Below the pieces are notes generated by a model, which was given only the letters and a program-made list of their open reading frames with translations, was not told the DNA's origin and did not search any database. The translations under genes and the position numbers were made by a program. Below are positions 1 through 10,975 of a stretch of DNA of 58,476 bases, piece after piece. Within the stretch, counting starts at the first letter, position 1. Every line of letters begins with the position of its first letter. The DNA comes from a virus (lineage: Duplodnaviria > Caudoviricetes): IMG/VR virus record IMGVR_UViG_3300025251_000014, positions 1 through 58,476 of that record. One strand, written 5' to 3'.

Positions 1-170
1 ATTGGCAATGCTCGTACTAGAGCAGGAGAGTATGTAGCTGAAGATATTAATAATGTATGGGAAGGTGTAGGTAGTCAGCTATCAGATATAAGATATAGTG
101 CTGGAGAATCATATGAGCAATTAACAGGAGATATTAATAAGCTAACTAAAGCTGGCAAGGGTCTATCTAC
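1..170. repeat. Terminal direct repeat, left copy (assembly overlap of a circular or terminally redundant genome)
   Basis: Bases 1-170 equal 58307-58476 except G127 vs A58433; an ORF reads through the junction in frame. Confidence 0.97.
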
Positions 171-390
171 TGGTGCAGGGGCATCTGTTATTGCAGACGC
201 TCAAACAAACTTGCAAGACAACCTAACACGTAGTACTGATAAGCTAGTAGCAGGGGCCGATAATCAAATAAGTCAGATAAGTAGGGCCCATACATCAGAG
301 ATGGAGGATATTGGCTTTCAGATAAAAGATATGAATGATCAAATAGCAGAACTCGAAAAGAGTGATAAATGGTATGAAAACCTTATATAG
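1..390 (+). CDS. 3' part of a junction-spanning internal virion/ejection protein (263 aa in total, starts at 57905)
   Basis: Frame 1 is open from base 1 (IGNARTRAGE...) to TAG at 388-390 and is in frame with ATG 57905 via the repeat; not in the ORF track. Confidence 0.85.
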   Translation: MGNARTRAGEYVAEDINNVWEGVGSQLSDIRYSAGESYEQLTGDINKLTKAGKGLSTGAGASVIADAQTNLQDNLTRSTDKLVAGADNQISQISRAHTSEMEDIGFQIKDMNDQIAELEKSDKWYENLI

Positions 391-401
391 AGGATAGGAT
401 A

Positions 402-1925
402 ATGGCAGCTAACGAAATATTGCAAGCACTGAATATGATGCTTGATAGGAAGGAGAGGCGTGAGGATAGAGAGGCAGCTAAATCCTTAGCTCTACTTAGT
501 ATGAGCTTACAAGAAGAATCTAGAAAGACAGATAGAGCTCAAGATGTAATGCTAAAAGAGTACTACAGCAAGCAAGAAGAAGTTGCTGCATATGAGAAAA
601 TGTATGATGAATACTCTAATCTATCACCTCAAGATATATCTCCAGGTGGTAAAGATCTGGTAAGCATTGTCAATGACCAGAATGAAATAGATATGGGTCA
701 GATTAATGAAAGTATCTTAAAACTTAATGAGTACAAGTCAGAACTAAGTGCAGGCTTACAAAATATTAGCAAGCAACAATCAGACTTTAAGCAGTATGAG
801 TCTACATATTGGGGTGAGAATAAAATGCTACAACCACATGAATATGAGCAAATGAAAGAGTTTGCTTTAAAGAGTATAGATGATGGTGGATTGGGTTATA
901 GCAATACTGCAGGTTTTGATAGGGCTTATGAAGCTATTCCAGGCTCAACAAGGGAGGCTCAGGCAATAACGATGTCAGATAATATATCTAAAAGCCTTAA
1001 AGAGACAAGTGCAGATAAACTTTCAATTATCAAGGGAGCTCTTACAAAAACTGAGGATAACGATCCTATGAAAACCCTTACATATGTACATAACAAAAAG
1101 ACATATAAACCATCAGAAGCTATAGTCAATGAGCTGGTTAATATTGCTAGTCAGGTCACTACCCCTGAAGAGTTTATGGATGCTATCTATCAGGCAGAGC
1201 AGGTAGGGGTAGGTAATCCAATGTTAGACTTCTTAAGGACAAATAAAAGACTTGCAAAAGCATTTAGCACAATGGAAGATAATGTGTTAAGTCTGAATGC
1301 CCTTTCAGATGAGCTGGCTGGTATATTACCAGAAGAAAAGGTATCAGAGATGGCAGAATTTGCATCCTCTGTAGAAGGGATAACAGACACTGATTTGCTA
1401 TTCCAGATGTTTGAGGAATCTGCACAAGGCAAAACACAAAAAGAGTACCAAGACTATTTTGCAGTCCTTGAAACTGAACTTGGACAAGACCTTGGTGAGG
1501 CGTATGACCTTTATAGTAATCCAGAAACAGGAGAAGATGTAGATAGAGGCCCAGAGGGGATAGCAAGAGTACCAATAGTCAAGGCCTTAAGTGGACTAGC
1601 TTCTACAGCACAACATGGGCTTATAGGAGGTACCGCAGAGGCGCTTAATGTTTTATATGGTCCCATGAATTACTTATCCCATTGGCTTACAGGTTACAAT
1701 CCAGGCTTTAGTGGGCACCAGACTATGAGTGGTCTTGGTTTTGATTTTTACTTTGATGATCTAGAATCTGAAGGCTTTTTTAATAGTTCAGCTTTTGATG
1801 AAGCTATATCTCATCCAGGTGGTCTAGGAAGGGGTCGGAGTGAGTGGGATGATGAAGCCGTTAGAAGTCTAGATTTATTTTCCCCCCATGACGATATACC
1901 AGAATGGTATAGGAGTACCGAATAA
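402..1925 (+). CDS. Putative internal virion (ejection) protein, 507 aa
   Basis: Long ORF with AGGA RBS, N-terminal coiled-coil, acidic helical body and Gly-rich hydrophobic C-terminal segment; lies in the ejection-protein block; TAATG overlap with the next gene. Confidence 0.6.
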   Translation: MAANEILQALNMMLDRKERREDREAAKSLALLSMSLQEESRKTDRAQDVMLKEYYSKQEEVAAYEKMYDEYSNLSPQDISPGGKDLVSIVNDQNEIDMGQINESILKLNEYKSELSAGLQNISKQQSDFKQYESTYWGENKMLQPHEYEQMKEFALKSIDDGGLGYSNTAGFDRAYEAIPGSTREAQAITMSDNISKSLKETSADKLSIIKGALTKTEDNDPMKTLTYVHNKKTYKPSEAIVNELVNIASQVTTPEEFMDAIYQAEQVGVGNPMLDFLRTNKRLAKAFSTMEDNVLSLNALSDELAGILPEEKVSEMAEFASSVEGITDTDLLFQMFEESAQGKTQKEYQDYFAVLETELGQDLGEAYDLYSNPETGEDVDRGPEGIARVPIVKALSGLASTAQHGLIGGTAEALNVLYGPMNYLSHWLTGYNPGFSGHQTMSGLGFDFYFDDLESEGFFNSSAFDEAISHPGGLGRGRSEWDDEAVRSLDLFSPHDDIPEWYRSTE

Positions 1926-4900
1926 TGCCACTATCAAAAAAAGCACTATTACAAATACAGCAAGGCAACAAGCCACTTAATACCTATTCACCTAGTCATC
2001 TCTATGATGACCTATCTGGAGCTTTAGAGCCTCACGATTCTGGCAATATGTTAGACTTTGTAGGTTCAGCTTTATGGGGAGTTACATCAGGTTTAACATG
2101 GGGAGTATCTGAACTGGCTGTTCCATCTAAGCCTTGGGAAGAGATGAATACAGCAGAAAGATCTGGTTGGATACTTGGTGAGGGTGTATCATTGTTTGCT
2201 CCATTGGGTCCATTTGGACTTATGGCTAAAGGTTCTAGGGCTGCTGTTAAAGGAACTAATAAGTTTATAAAAGAAGGTGCAGAAAGTGCAGTTAAAGCAG
2301 GTATAAAGAATGTTGACAATCTATCAAAAGCCCAAGCTAGAAAGGTTGCATTAGCCCTTAAGAAGGGTGTCTCTGTAGAAGATGATCTAGTCAAAGCATT
2401 AAATAAAGCAGCAGAGTCAGACATAGGACTGAGATGGCTTAAAGACTTACAGTCAACAGGTAAATTTGCTCTTGATGCAAGTGACAATCTTGTAGCTTCT
2501 AGTATGTTTGCTGTTAAGAAAGCTTTTAAGAAAGCTGGAGTAAGAATTAGACCAGACTCAGCAGAAAGAATTTCTAGAGAGTTTGTAGATCATTTACAAC
2601 AAGGCAACTATGTTAATGATATAGCTGAATGGGTTACAAGGGGATTAGCTGGAAGGATACCAGATACTGCTAAAGGATTTTTATCTAAGTATTTAGGTAT
2701 GGCTACACAGGATATGTATATGATGGGCTTACATGGACTTATATCTGGCAAGATGAAATCTATTGCTAATGGAGAAGACTTTGATATAGGTGGATCATTA
2801 AGCCATGCAGCACTTATGTCACTTGGCTTCCCACTTATAAGAATGATTCCACTTGGTGGTAAAATGAAGTTAACTCAAGGTATTAAAGCTTATAGGGACT
2901 CTTTCAATAAAGTAGACTATAATAAGATACGTGCAAAGCATGGAGATGATGTAGTTAAGAACCTTGCAAGAGTCATGCTAAAGGGTAGAAGAATGGACCT
3001 TATCAATAAAAGTATGATAGCTGAGTCATCATGGAAGGTCGGTGGCAAGCAATATACTAATGGTGCAGCTGTCTTAGATGATCTACATAATATGACTGGT
3101 AAACATACTGTGGAGTTTCTTGACAAAGCGAGAGTCTCAGTTAATAATATGCTTAAGTCTAAATGGGGTAAGGAGTTTTTACTGGATGTAGCAGGATCTA
3201 TTCCAAGAATGGGTGTGGGTATAGCAGCTATGAATCCTTGGGTACTGAATAAAGATGCTTGGGGCTCTATGGAAGGTCCAGAATTGGCCTCTCACTTATT
3301 TATGTCAGCTCTTATGACTAGAGGTAGGGGAGCTTGGGGACATACTGAGCAACGTGCAAAATTTGCTGACTTTACTCCATATCATGAAGTGCTTAATATA
3401 CTTGGTGTAGACCATAGTAATGTAAAAGAGAAGATAGCCTTTCATGATGGTATGAACCCCTTAGAAGGTGCTGGTTTAGCGCTCTCAACAGATACTACAG
3501 CAGACCAGATACATCAAATATTCACAAAGAGAATTGGAGAGTCCGGTGTAAAACCTAAAGGCCAAGAGTATAATGAGTCTGACCATGCACTTGCTAAGCA
3601 GATGTCTATGATACATGATATTATAAACAGATCTAAGGATGAATCTGCCAGGGAGACTCGAGTTGAGTACTTAAGCAAAGAAACATTAAACGAGATTGTT
3701 GCAGACCTAAAATCTATTAAGTTTGAAGATGGCACTACTATTGGAGAGATAGGCTATGAAGCTTCATTGGTAAAACTTACTACTGGACCAGCTAAGCAAG
3801 CCTTAGGACACTATAAACAGATCATGAGAAACTTACATTCAGAAGGGTTTGGAGATTTTGTTAGTATAGATGAGGCTGGAAATATTACTGGAAGACTTGT
3901 AAAGTCCAACAACTATGGCACTCCTATGAAGGACGTTGACACTTATAACGAGATATTGATGGCTTTAAATAAAATAGGGGAAGCTAAGATAATCGATGGA
4001 GAGTCAAGACATAGCTATGAAATGCTTATCAAAAATTCTGGTATTGAAGAAGGCCAGTTCAATGAAAGGGTGAGAAAAATCATAGATGATGGTATGGATG
4101 TTCTTGGTAGGGAGTTCAATGACCATGGGATAAAGAGACATCCTATAGATGAGAACCCATTATGGGATTTTATCTCGCAGGCTAAGACTGTTGAAGCGTC
4201 TGAGAGAATATATAACATGATTGTAGGAACTCCAAAAGGAAGCAAGGAAAAGTCTGACAAACATCTCTTAGCTGCTCTAGATGCTGTCTTTATGGTAAGA
4301 GGATCTGAAAAATATTCTGCAAACATCTCAGACTATTTTAAGACCATTAAAGGATATCACTCAAGGGAGGATGGTAAGAAGCTTACTGAAGAACAGAAAG
4401 AGGCTAACAATAATATAGAAGTACAACTTGAAGGATTGAGAACTCTTTTCAACCTTAGGAAGAAGGCTCTAAAGGGACCAACACATAAGGAACCCATTGG
4501 AGAGGTTGACCAATCGGTATTAACAGAAGTTCATGATAAATGGATGGAGATCTATAAAACTATGCCAGCTGATTGGAGAGCAAACTGGAGTGAGAATATC
4601 AGCGAAATGATGATAACAAGAATGCTGCGTGCACAGGGTGTAGATAGAAGGGCTAGACCTTTAATTGAGTATGGTATAGAAAATAAGCTCATATGGCAGG
4701 GTGTAGATGGGAATTTAAGTATGACATCTAAGAAGGCTATGATACAAGACCTAAGAGACACAAAAGAAGCATCTGAGGCTGAAATAAAGAAATATAGGAA
4801 AGCATTTACAAAGATAGAGAAAGTCCTCAAGGATGTTGTTACATTTGTAGATGTTGTTCCCACTGAAAGTAATGTAGCAGGTGTAGAAACAGTGGATAGA

Positions 4901-7900
4901 AGCTTATACTTGAAGGCAGCTAAACTATTATCTAACGAAACCTTTTCTGATATTGTAACAAGAGTAGGGCCAACACTAGACAAGATTGCCAGATTAGATG
5001 CTGGTATGAGAAAAAAGGTTCACCAGACACAGTCTAAGTTGAACAATCTTTTAGTTGCTCTGGATCCAGATAGGACTACAAAGGCTCCGAAAGACCCTAT
5101 TAAAGATATAGATGAGATTATAACTACCTTAGATAAGATGGTGGATAGGCAAAAGCTTGATAAAGAGTCAATGCCAGAATCAGCCAAAATAATTGACACT
5201 CTTATTATAGAACTGAACAACCTAAAAAGATCTGTTGATAGGCAGACTGGTAAGTATTCTTTTAATGTACAAGGTATGACTAAGGCTCGAAGAGAGGAAT
5301 TGGCAAAAGAGGCTAAAGATTCAGAGTTCTCAGCTTATGAGATTATGGTAGACCCTATTCAACGTACTATTGAAAAAATAGCACAAAAGGAATATGATGG
5401 TATAGATAAGCTGAACTCCCTTATGATTAGACTTCAGAATGTTGGAACACAAGGACTTCCAGGCTTAGGACTTAGTAAAGAGAATACTGCCAGGATAGCA
5501 GAAGCGATTGCTGCAGAGTGGCAAGGTAAATATTCTGAGTTGAAAAATAAAGGCCTAATGCCTATATCAAAACTTATCGAATACGTTAATAAGGAAGGCT
5601 CTTTTGGTGATGCAGCTAACCTTATAGAAGGTTTTATAGGTCGGGTTAATAAAGCTGTATTAATGGAGAAGAGTAACCCATTAAACAATGATGCTGTAAG
5701 ATATGCAGAAGCTTTAGAGAAACGAAATAATATACATGAGAGACATAGATCTATAAAAGAGATCCTAGAGGAATATGAACTTGTAGATAAAGATAACAAT
5801 ATAGATGAGACTTTCAAGGATGGTATTGTTAATGCACCCAATATTACAGCCTTACACAAGGTGTTAAAAGATAACATTAGATCCAAGATATACGCTGATG
5901 ACTCCCTTAAACCTACCCAAAAAGGTCAAAAGTGGCATCAATTTAGAGATAGAGATGCAATGGAGATTATTAACCAGGTTATGAATGCCCGAACTCTTAA
6001 CATGGTTAGTCTGGAAGGGGTCGATAGAGGAGGTAATAATAGGTCCATATTAAACTTTGAACGTGAAGTACCACACTTTATGAAGCCTAGTACTGAGTAT
6101 TTTGCAAGCAAGCAATACTCCGTATTCCACCTAAGAGGAACAATGAGTTCTACTATAAATAATAAACTTAGGAAGGGATCTATAGAAATTTTGTCCACTG
6201 ATATCATACAGAAGCATATAAATGAAGCCCTTCGTAACAACCCAGATGGTGCAAAAGAAATATTATCCACATTTGCAGAGGGTAATAAAGGTATTAAACT
6301 GTCAGATCTTAAAAAGATGGTAAAAGATGCTGATAAGTATTTCTTCTATGCAAGGCTGTCCCCAATGAACAAGATTCTTTTCGTTGGTACAAAAGATAAC
6401 TTAAAAGCTATGCAAGCTGATTATACCAAATGGTATAATGAAGCGTTAGCTAGATTTTCCAAAGATTCGGGACTTAAAAAGGCATTTACTGATGCTTTTG
6501 GCAAACTAGGTGAGAAAGCAAATGACAATAGATCTACTGTTGAACTAAAGTTGTTGTTACCCTTTTTAGAGCATAATGGATTAAGTAGTCAGATAGATAA
6601 ACTTGTTACAGAAATAGCTGGCAATGGAGATAGTAAGACCATAGCTAAAATACAGATGAATATGTTTAAAAGGCTTTATCTAGCTGATGGCGGCACAACA
6701 CAAGCGGTGTCTAATGAATCTGTAGAATGGGCCTCTAAATACCATCCAGATGCCACTATAAAAAGTATAGCTAAAGAAATACATACTAGGGGTGGATGGA
6801 ATGTAGCATTACTTAAAGATACTGCTGGAGAAGGAGCAGAAGGAATAGATAGCCCTTTCAGTATTAAAGGTATGGTTCAAGGACAGCTAGAAACACTAAT
6901 GAACGCTAAGAATACTACAGGCCTTTTAAAATCTATTACTAAACTACAGCTAGACAGTATAGATAATATACCTAGCTTAGGCAACTCTGTACTTGATGGT
7001 GCCAAGTTTATATCTGAAAATGGGATGAAACTCCTTATGGCTCAGAAGGGTAGATATGAAGCAAACTTTGTAGATGGTCCCAATGGTATGAAAACCATCA
7101 TATTCTCTACTGGTGGCCAGCAAATGCTTGGTAAGGGATATATGATATACAATCCAGAGGTTGCAAAACATATGCCAGCTGGGGTGGATATTTTAATGGG
7201 TGATAGCTCAGCGAAAACATTTAAAGGAATGTCGATTGATGGCAAGTCACCAGTTGAAGCATTGGATCTCGGAACCAATAAGACTGATTGGTACAGCAAC
7301 CTTACAGACCAAACATCTGGTATAGGTGAAAAGCATACTATGACCATTCCTATTAACGCTATAGGTGTATCCTTTGCTTCAAAGAATGGAGATGGAGTAA
7401 CTATATCCCCATCCATATTTGACTTCCAGTCTAAAACTTCTATATCAGAAGCTATGACTTGGATGAAGTTAAAAACTAATATTGAGGAGTTGGGAGCTGC
7501 TTGGGGAACAATGTTTCATGATGGTGGGAAGTTAGCTAAACACCTCTATGATGTACAGATGGGTAAAGGTAATCCTATGGACAGGGGAGATACAGGCTTA
7601 ACCAAACTAATGCTAACGGCTGGTGGTATGCCTGACAATCCACTCCTTATGCAAGCTGTAATGAGAACTATGCGTAGTGAGACCTATGATAAAATAGGGA
7701 ATAATGTAAGCCAGGATGGTGGTTCAGATAACTTTATATCTCCAAATATTGATGGTAAGCTTAGCGTACCAGTGCATGTAGATCTTTTCAAGAATGCTGA
7801 AGCGCCAATGGAGAGAGTTTCTATTAACTATGGTGGTATAGGTATAGATAAGCATACTATGAGTAGGCAAATCGGGTCAAAGAAAGGAATTGGAAGATCT

Positions 7901-10900
7901 TTAACTGGTGAGAAGTTTATCTTTAGGGACTCCAATGGTGTCGATGTTATAATTAGAGCGACAAAAGATGGGTATGAATATAGCTCTACTTTTTATGATA
8001 ACATAGCTTCCCTAAAGACCCATCCTGAAAAGGGTAAAGAAGTAAAATTGGCAGACAAGACAGATGTAAGCAAACTTAAATTGTCAGCCAAAGACAAGGT
8101 AAAGGTAGAAAAGGTACTTAATGAGCTAAGAAAAGCTATATCACATGATACTCATACTTTATTAGATGTCTATAGCCTGTTAGCCGGTCAGAGCGTTTCT
8201 AAAAGGACTGGAAAGACTATTACTACTCATAACATTACCAAGTTTCTAGAGAAGAAAATGAAGCTACAATTGGCAGCAGGAGCTCATGCAATACCTGTTT
8301 TAGGACATGATAAAGTAATCTTCAGGGTAGAGAGAGTGCTAGACAGAATGAATGGGCTAACTGAGGTGAATGTTCATGATCTTAGGGCTATCATGCAGAG
8401 AGATAATGATGGTGACCATATATATGTTCATACTAGAATGCCATGGAATATCATGAAGGATTTTGCAATAGAAAATGGCAGAAAGTCTGACTTTCATATG
8501 TTTGAAGGCAGGGAACAGGTACTTAATCACGAATATATAGACATCTTTGGTTTTGGGGAGGGACATAAAGCAGGTGACAATCCATCTAGCACTGGATTTC
8601 ATTCTTATGCTGGAAGGCTTGAGCAAGCTAAAATGATTACTGGTACTGTTATTGGGGCTAGGAGTGCTTTATCATGGCTTGAAAAGCTTGGCTTTGTATC
8701 TGGAGAAGGTAATGCATTGAGTCCTGTACTTAAAAATCTAACCAATCCAAATGGCAAGGAAACTATGCATAGTAGCGGTTGGCAATGGTTGGACAAGTTT
8801 TACGATACCGTTCAAAATGCTCTAGATATACATGGGGGTATACATGGTAAAATAGCAACAAGGAGAGAGCTAGAGGACTTTTTATTTTATGGATCTACAG
8901 GTGAGTCTGATAAGATAAATACAGCAGATGGCAAATTTAATAAGCATGCCGAGTTTGGTGGAAATATTTTTGGTACTGGGTTTGGGAATAATATAGCGAA
9001 GAGTCAAATAACTAGAGAAATATTTAGTGAAGTCATAAAGACATTGAGATCTGCCAACTCTATTGCAAATGATGTTTATGATGAGGCTGGTAAGCGAGCT
9101 CCAGAACCAGAAGAGCTTAGACAAACATACTATGATATCTATAGTCTCTTTAGTAATCCAACCCAGTACTTATCGAGGTCTGTTGCTAGCAGGATTAGTA
9201 GGGAAAAGAATAAAACTTTGAGAAATGAGCTATTGGGAGAGTATATAGACTTTTTCTATGGTGACATGAGGGATGCATCTAATATAAAGGATCGAAGCGA
9301 GCTTAAAAAAATGATTCTAGATGGAGTAAAAAAAGGTTATATACCAGAGGGTAAATCCAAGTTTAAGTTTACGAATATATCCAGTCCATCAGAAGGCTTT
9401 GATAGATCTATACAGGGAACAATGCTTGCTAAGATACTTAGTCATAAATCTTTTTGGCAAAAGAATTTTGATGGACTCAATACAGAAGGGATCTTAAATA
9501 AGGACAAGGACTTATATAAAAAGGCTGGCCTATTTCTAAGTAATATAGAGCATTATGCAGATATGTCTAGACTGCTTGGACTAGATCCTATTAAAGAGCT
9601 TGAAAAGAGCAATGGAGATATATTTATAAACTCCTTTGATGGCCAATCATTGGGTGATGCACCTAAGAAATCATCAGGAGCCATAGGCAAAGCTTTACAT
9701 GCTGGGGTTCTTAAATCTGTCCTTCAACGTCAGTATAGGAGCGTGCTAGGATCGTTAGAATACTATAGACATGAGCGCTTTACTAATCCACATAAGATGG
9801 AGAAAATAGAAGCCAGACTTGCTAGATTGCAAGATGCTATCAATATTATGGATCGGCAAATGGCTAGAGATATGGTTATTGATAAGGAGCGTGATGTCCA
9901 GATATTTGATGCAAAGTTAAAACAAGAGGGCCCACAGCATTATAGATTCAACACTTTAAAAGACCACCAAAAAGTAGCAATATATGAGATTAAGGGAGAT
10001 GTGCGTAAGCTAGAAACTAAGGATGATCAGTTTACAGCTAATGATTTAGAGGCAGAGAGTGGTAGAATAAACTTTAGCCAGTTAAAATTTAAAGGTATCT
10101 TTACCAAGAAGAGTAATAAGTTCCAGCTTAGAAAGGGCTTTACATATGTGATAGATAAGAATCCTAGAACACATGAACTAACAAGCAGTAACAATATAAT
10201 ATATGGGAATGCTCTTCACCTTATCACTGGTGGCAATCAGTATGTACCAGAGATATTTTTAGGTAGCGCTAAGCTGGGAGATGCATACAGAAAGGATTTA
10301 GCTGTACTCAGAGCTACTATAGGTATAGAATACTCAGGAGTTATTGATGCTGCTATGAAGCAAAAAGTTTTAAAAGATGGCTTATTTTCTATGAGCAAGC
10401 TAAGTGAGGTATCAACTATCAAGAAATTTATAGAAAAGTGGATCGGTGAAGTAAAGTCTAGTGGAACCGAAGAGAGTATTGATGTTTTACTTAAAAGTAT
10501 TATAGCTCCAAGAATGTCCTTTACATCATATGCACAAGATGGTGCTGGTGTAGATAAGATAGCATACAAGTATAACCAACACTTAATGAAGTCTATTTTA
10601 CAGTTCTCTGTTGACTATGCAAAGGAATATGGCAGTGGCAAGTTCTTAGAGACCTTTGTTAAGGATTGGGAGAATGCAGCAAGAGGAGACCATGAAGGAC
10701 CTGATATATCTTTTTATGATAGAAGCATTCCGACTAAGTACAATTGGAAAAAGTTTGGCTCTATGGCTAACCCAGTACGATCATTAGCAAATAATATATT
10801 CTTTGCTTCGCCTGCACTAAATAAGATATTAGACCAGCTAGAGAGCAATCAGAGTATTAAACCACAAATTATAGAAGTCACACCAGGTGGGGAGAAAGTA

Positions 10901-10975
10901 ATGGTTGGTGTGAAGAAAGTAAGAACGGCAGAAGAGTTACTTCACCTTAACGAAGGGAGAGACTGTGGCTTGTAA
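1925..10975 (+). CDS. Giant virion protein, 3016 aa, with a putative two-barrel (double-psi beta-barrel) RNA polymerase domain
   Basis: Ordered motifs LDGAKFIS (D1691), GKGY (K1737), DSSAKTF (K1764) and QRDNDGD (aa 2160-2164, nt 8402-8416) resemble the DG..IS / KG / S..K / DxDGD motifs of QDE-1-like RdRP, YonO and crAss-like virion RNAPs; N-terminus is Gly/Ala-rich and hydrophobic like ejected proteins. Confidence 0.72.
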   Translation: MPLSKKALLQIQQGNKPLNTYSPSHLYDDLSGALEPHDSGNMLDFVGSALWGVTSGLTWGVSELAVPSKPWEEMNTAERSGWILGEGVSLFAPLGPFGLMAKGSRAAVKGTNKFIKEGAESAVKAGIKNVDNLSKAQARKVALALKKGVSVEDDLVKALNKAAESDIGLRWLKDLQSTGKFALDASDNLVASSMFAVKKAFKKAGVRIRPDSAERISREFVDHLQQGNYVNDIAEWVTRGLAGRIPDTAKGFLSKYLGMATQDMYMMGLHGLISGKMKSIANGEDFDIGGSLSHAALMSLGFPLIRMIPLGGKMKLTQGIKAYRDSFNKVDYNKIRAKHGDDVVKNLARVMLKGRRMDLINKSMIAESSWKVGGKQYTNGAAVLDDLHNMTGKHTVEFLDKARVSVNNMLKSKWGKEFLLDVAGSIPRMGVGIAAMNPWVLNKDAWGSMEGPELASHLFMSALMTRGRGAWGHTEQRAKFADFTPYHEVLNILGVDHSNVKEKIAFHDGMNPLEGAGLALSTDTTADQIHQIFTKRIGESGVKPKGQEYNESDHALAKQMSMIHDIINRSKDESARETRVEYLSKETLNEIVADLKSIKFEDGTTIGEIGYEASLVKLTTGPAKQALGHYKQIMRNLHSEGFGDFVSIDEAGNITGRLVKSNNYGTPMKDVDTYNEILMALNKIGEAKIIDGESRHSYEMLIKNSGIEEGQFNERVRKIIDDGMDVLGREFNDHGIKRHPIDENPLWDFISQAKTVEASERIYNMIVGTPKGSKEKSDKHLLAALDAVFMVRGSEKYSANISDYFKTIKGYHSREDGKKLTEEQKEANNNIEVQLEGLRTLFNLRKKALKGPTHKEPIGEVDQSVLTEVHDKWMEIYKTMPADWRANWSENISEMMITRMLRAQGVDRRARPLIEYGIENKLIWQGVDGNLSMTSKKAMIQDLRDTKEASEAEIKKYRKAFTKIEKVLKDVVTFVDVVPTESNVAGVETVDRSLYLKAAKLLSNETFSDIVTRVGPTLDKIARLDAGMRKKVHQTQSKLNNLLVALDPDRTTKAPKDPIKDIDEIITTLDKMVDRQKLDKESMPESAKIIDTLIIELNNLKRSVDRQTGKYSFNVQGMTKARREELAKEAKDSEFSAYEIMVDPIQRTIEKIAQKEYDGIDKLNSLMIRLQNVGTQGLPGLGLSKENTARIAEAIAAEWQGKYSELKNKGLMPISKLIEYVNKEGSFGDAANLIEGFIGRVNKAVLMEKSNPLNNDAVRYAEALEKRNNIHERHRSIKEILEEYELVDKDNNIDETFKDGIVNAPNITALHKVLKDNIRSKIYADDSLKPTQKGQKWHQFRDRDAMEIINQVMNARTLNMVSLEGVDRGGNNRSILNFEREVPHFMKPSTEYFASKQYSVFHLRGTMSSTINNKLRKGSIEILSTDIIQKHINEALRNNPDGAKEILSTFAEGNKGIKLSDLKKMVKDADKYFFYARLSPMNKILFVGTKDNLKAMQADYTKWYNEALARFSKDSGLKKAFTDAFGKLGEKANDNRSTVELKLLLPFLEHNGLSSQIDKLVTEIAGNGDSKTIAKIQMNMFKRLYLADGGTTQAVSNESVEWASKYHPDATIKSIAKEIHTRGGWNVALLKDTAGEGAEGIDSPFSIKGMVQGQLETLMNAKNTTGLLKSITKLQLDSIDNIPSLGNSVLDGAKFISENGMKLLMAQKGRYEANFVDGPNGMKTIIFSTGGQQMLGKGYMIYNPEVAKHMPAGVDILMGDSSAKTFKGMSIDGKSPVEALDLGTNKTDWYSNLTDQTSGIGEKHTMTIPINAIGVSFASKNGDGVTISPSIFDFQSKTSISEAMTWMKLKTNIEELGAAWGTMFHDGGKLAKHLYDVQMGKGNPMDRGDTGLTKLMLTAGGMPDNPLLMQAVMRTMRSETYDKIGNNVSQDGGSDNFISPNIDGKLSVPVHVDLFKNAEAPMERVSINYGGIGIDKHTMSRQIGSKKGIGRSLTGEKFIFRDSNGVDVIIRATKDGYEYSSTFYDNIASLKTHPEKGKEVKLADKTDVSKLKLSAKDKVKVEKVLNELRKAISHDTHTLLDVYSLLAGQSVSKRTGKTITTHNITKFLEKKMKLQLAAGAHAIPVLGHDKVIFRVERVLDRMNGLTEVNVHDLRAIMQRDNDGDHIYVHTRMPWNIMKDFAIENGRKSDFHMFEGREQVLNHEYIDIFGFGEGHKAGDNPSSTGFHSYAGRLEQAKMITGTVIGARSALSWLEKLGFVSGEGNALSPVLKNLTNPNGKETMHSSGWQWLDKFYDTVQNALDIHGGIHGKIATRRELEDFLFYGSTGESDKINTADGKFNKHAEFGGNIFGTGFGNNIAKSQITREIFSEVIKTLRSANSIANDVYDEAGKRAPEPEELRQTYYDIYSLFSNPTQYLSRSVASRISREKNKTLRNELLGEYIDFFYGDMRDASNIKDRSELKKMILDGVKKGYIPEGKSKFKFTNISSPSEGFDRSIQGTMLAKILSHKSFWQKNFDGLNTEGILNKDKDLYKKAGLFLSNIEHYADMSRLLGLDPIKELEKSNGDIFINSFDGQSLGDAPKKSSGAIGKALHAGVLKSVLQRQYRSVLGSLEYYRHERFTNPHKMEKIEARLARLQDAINIMDRQMARDMVIDKERDVQIFDAKLKQEGPQHYRFNTLKDHQKVAIYEIKGDVRKLETKDDQFTANDLEAESGRINFSQLKFKGIFTKKSNKFQLRKGFTYVIDKNPRTHELTSSNNIIYGNALHLITGGNQYVPEIFLGSAKLGDAYRKDLAVLRATIGIEYSGVIDAAMKQKVLKDGLFSMSKLSEVSTIKKFIEKWIGEVKSSGTEESIDVLLKSIIAPRMSFTSYAQDGAGVDKIAYKYNQHLMKSILQFSVDYAKEYGSGKFLETFVKDWENAARGDHEGPDISFYDRSIPTKYNWKKFGSMANPVRSLANNIFFASPALNKILDQLESNQSIKPQIIEVTPGGEKVMVGVKKVRTAEELLHLNEGRDCGL

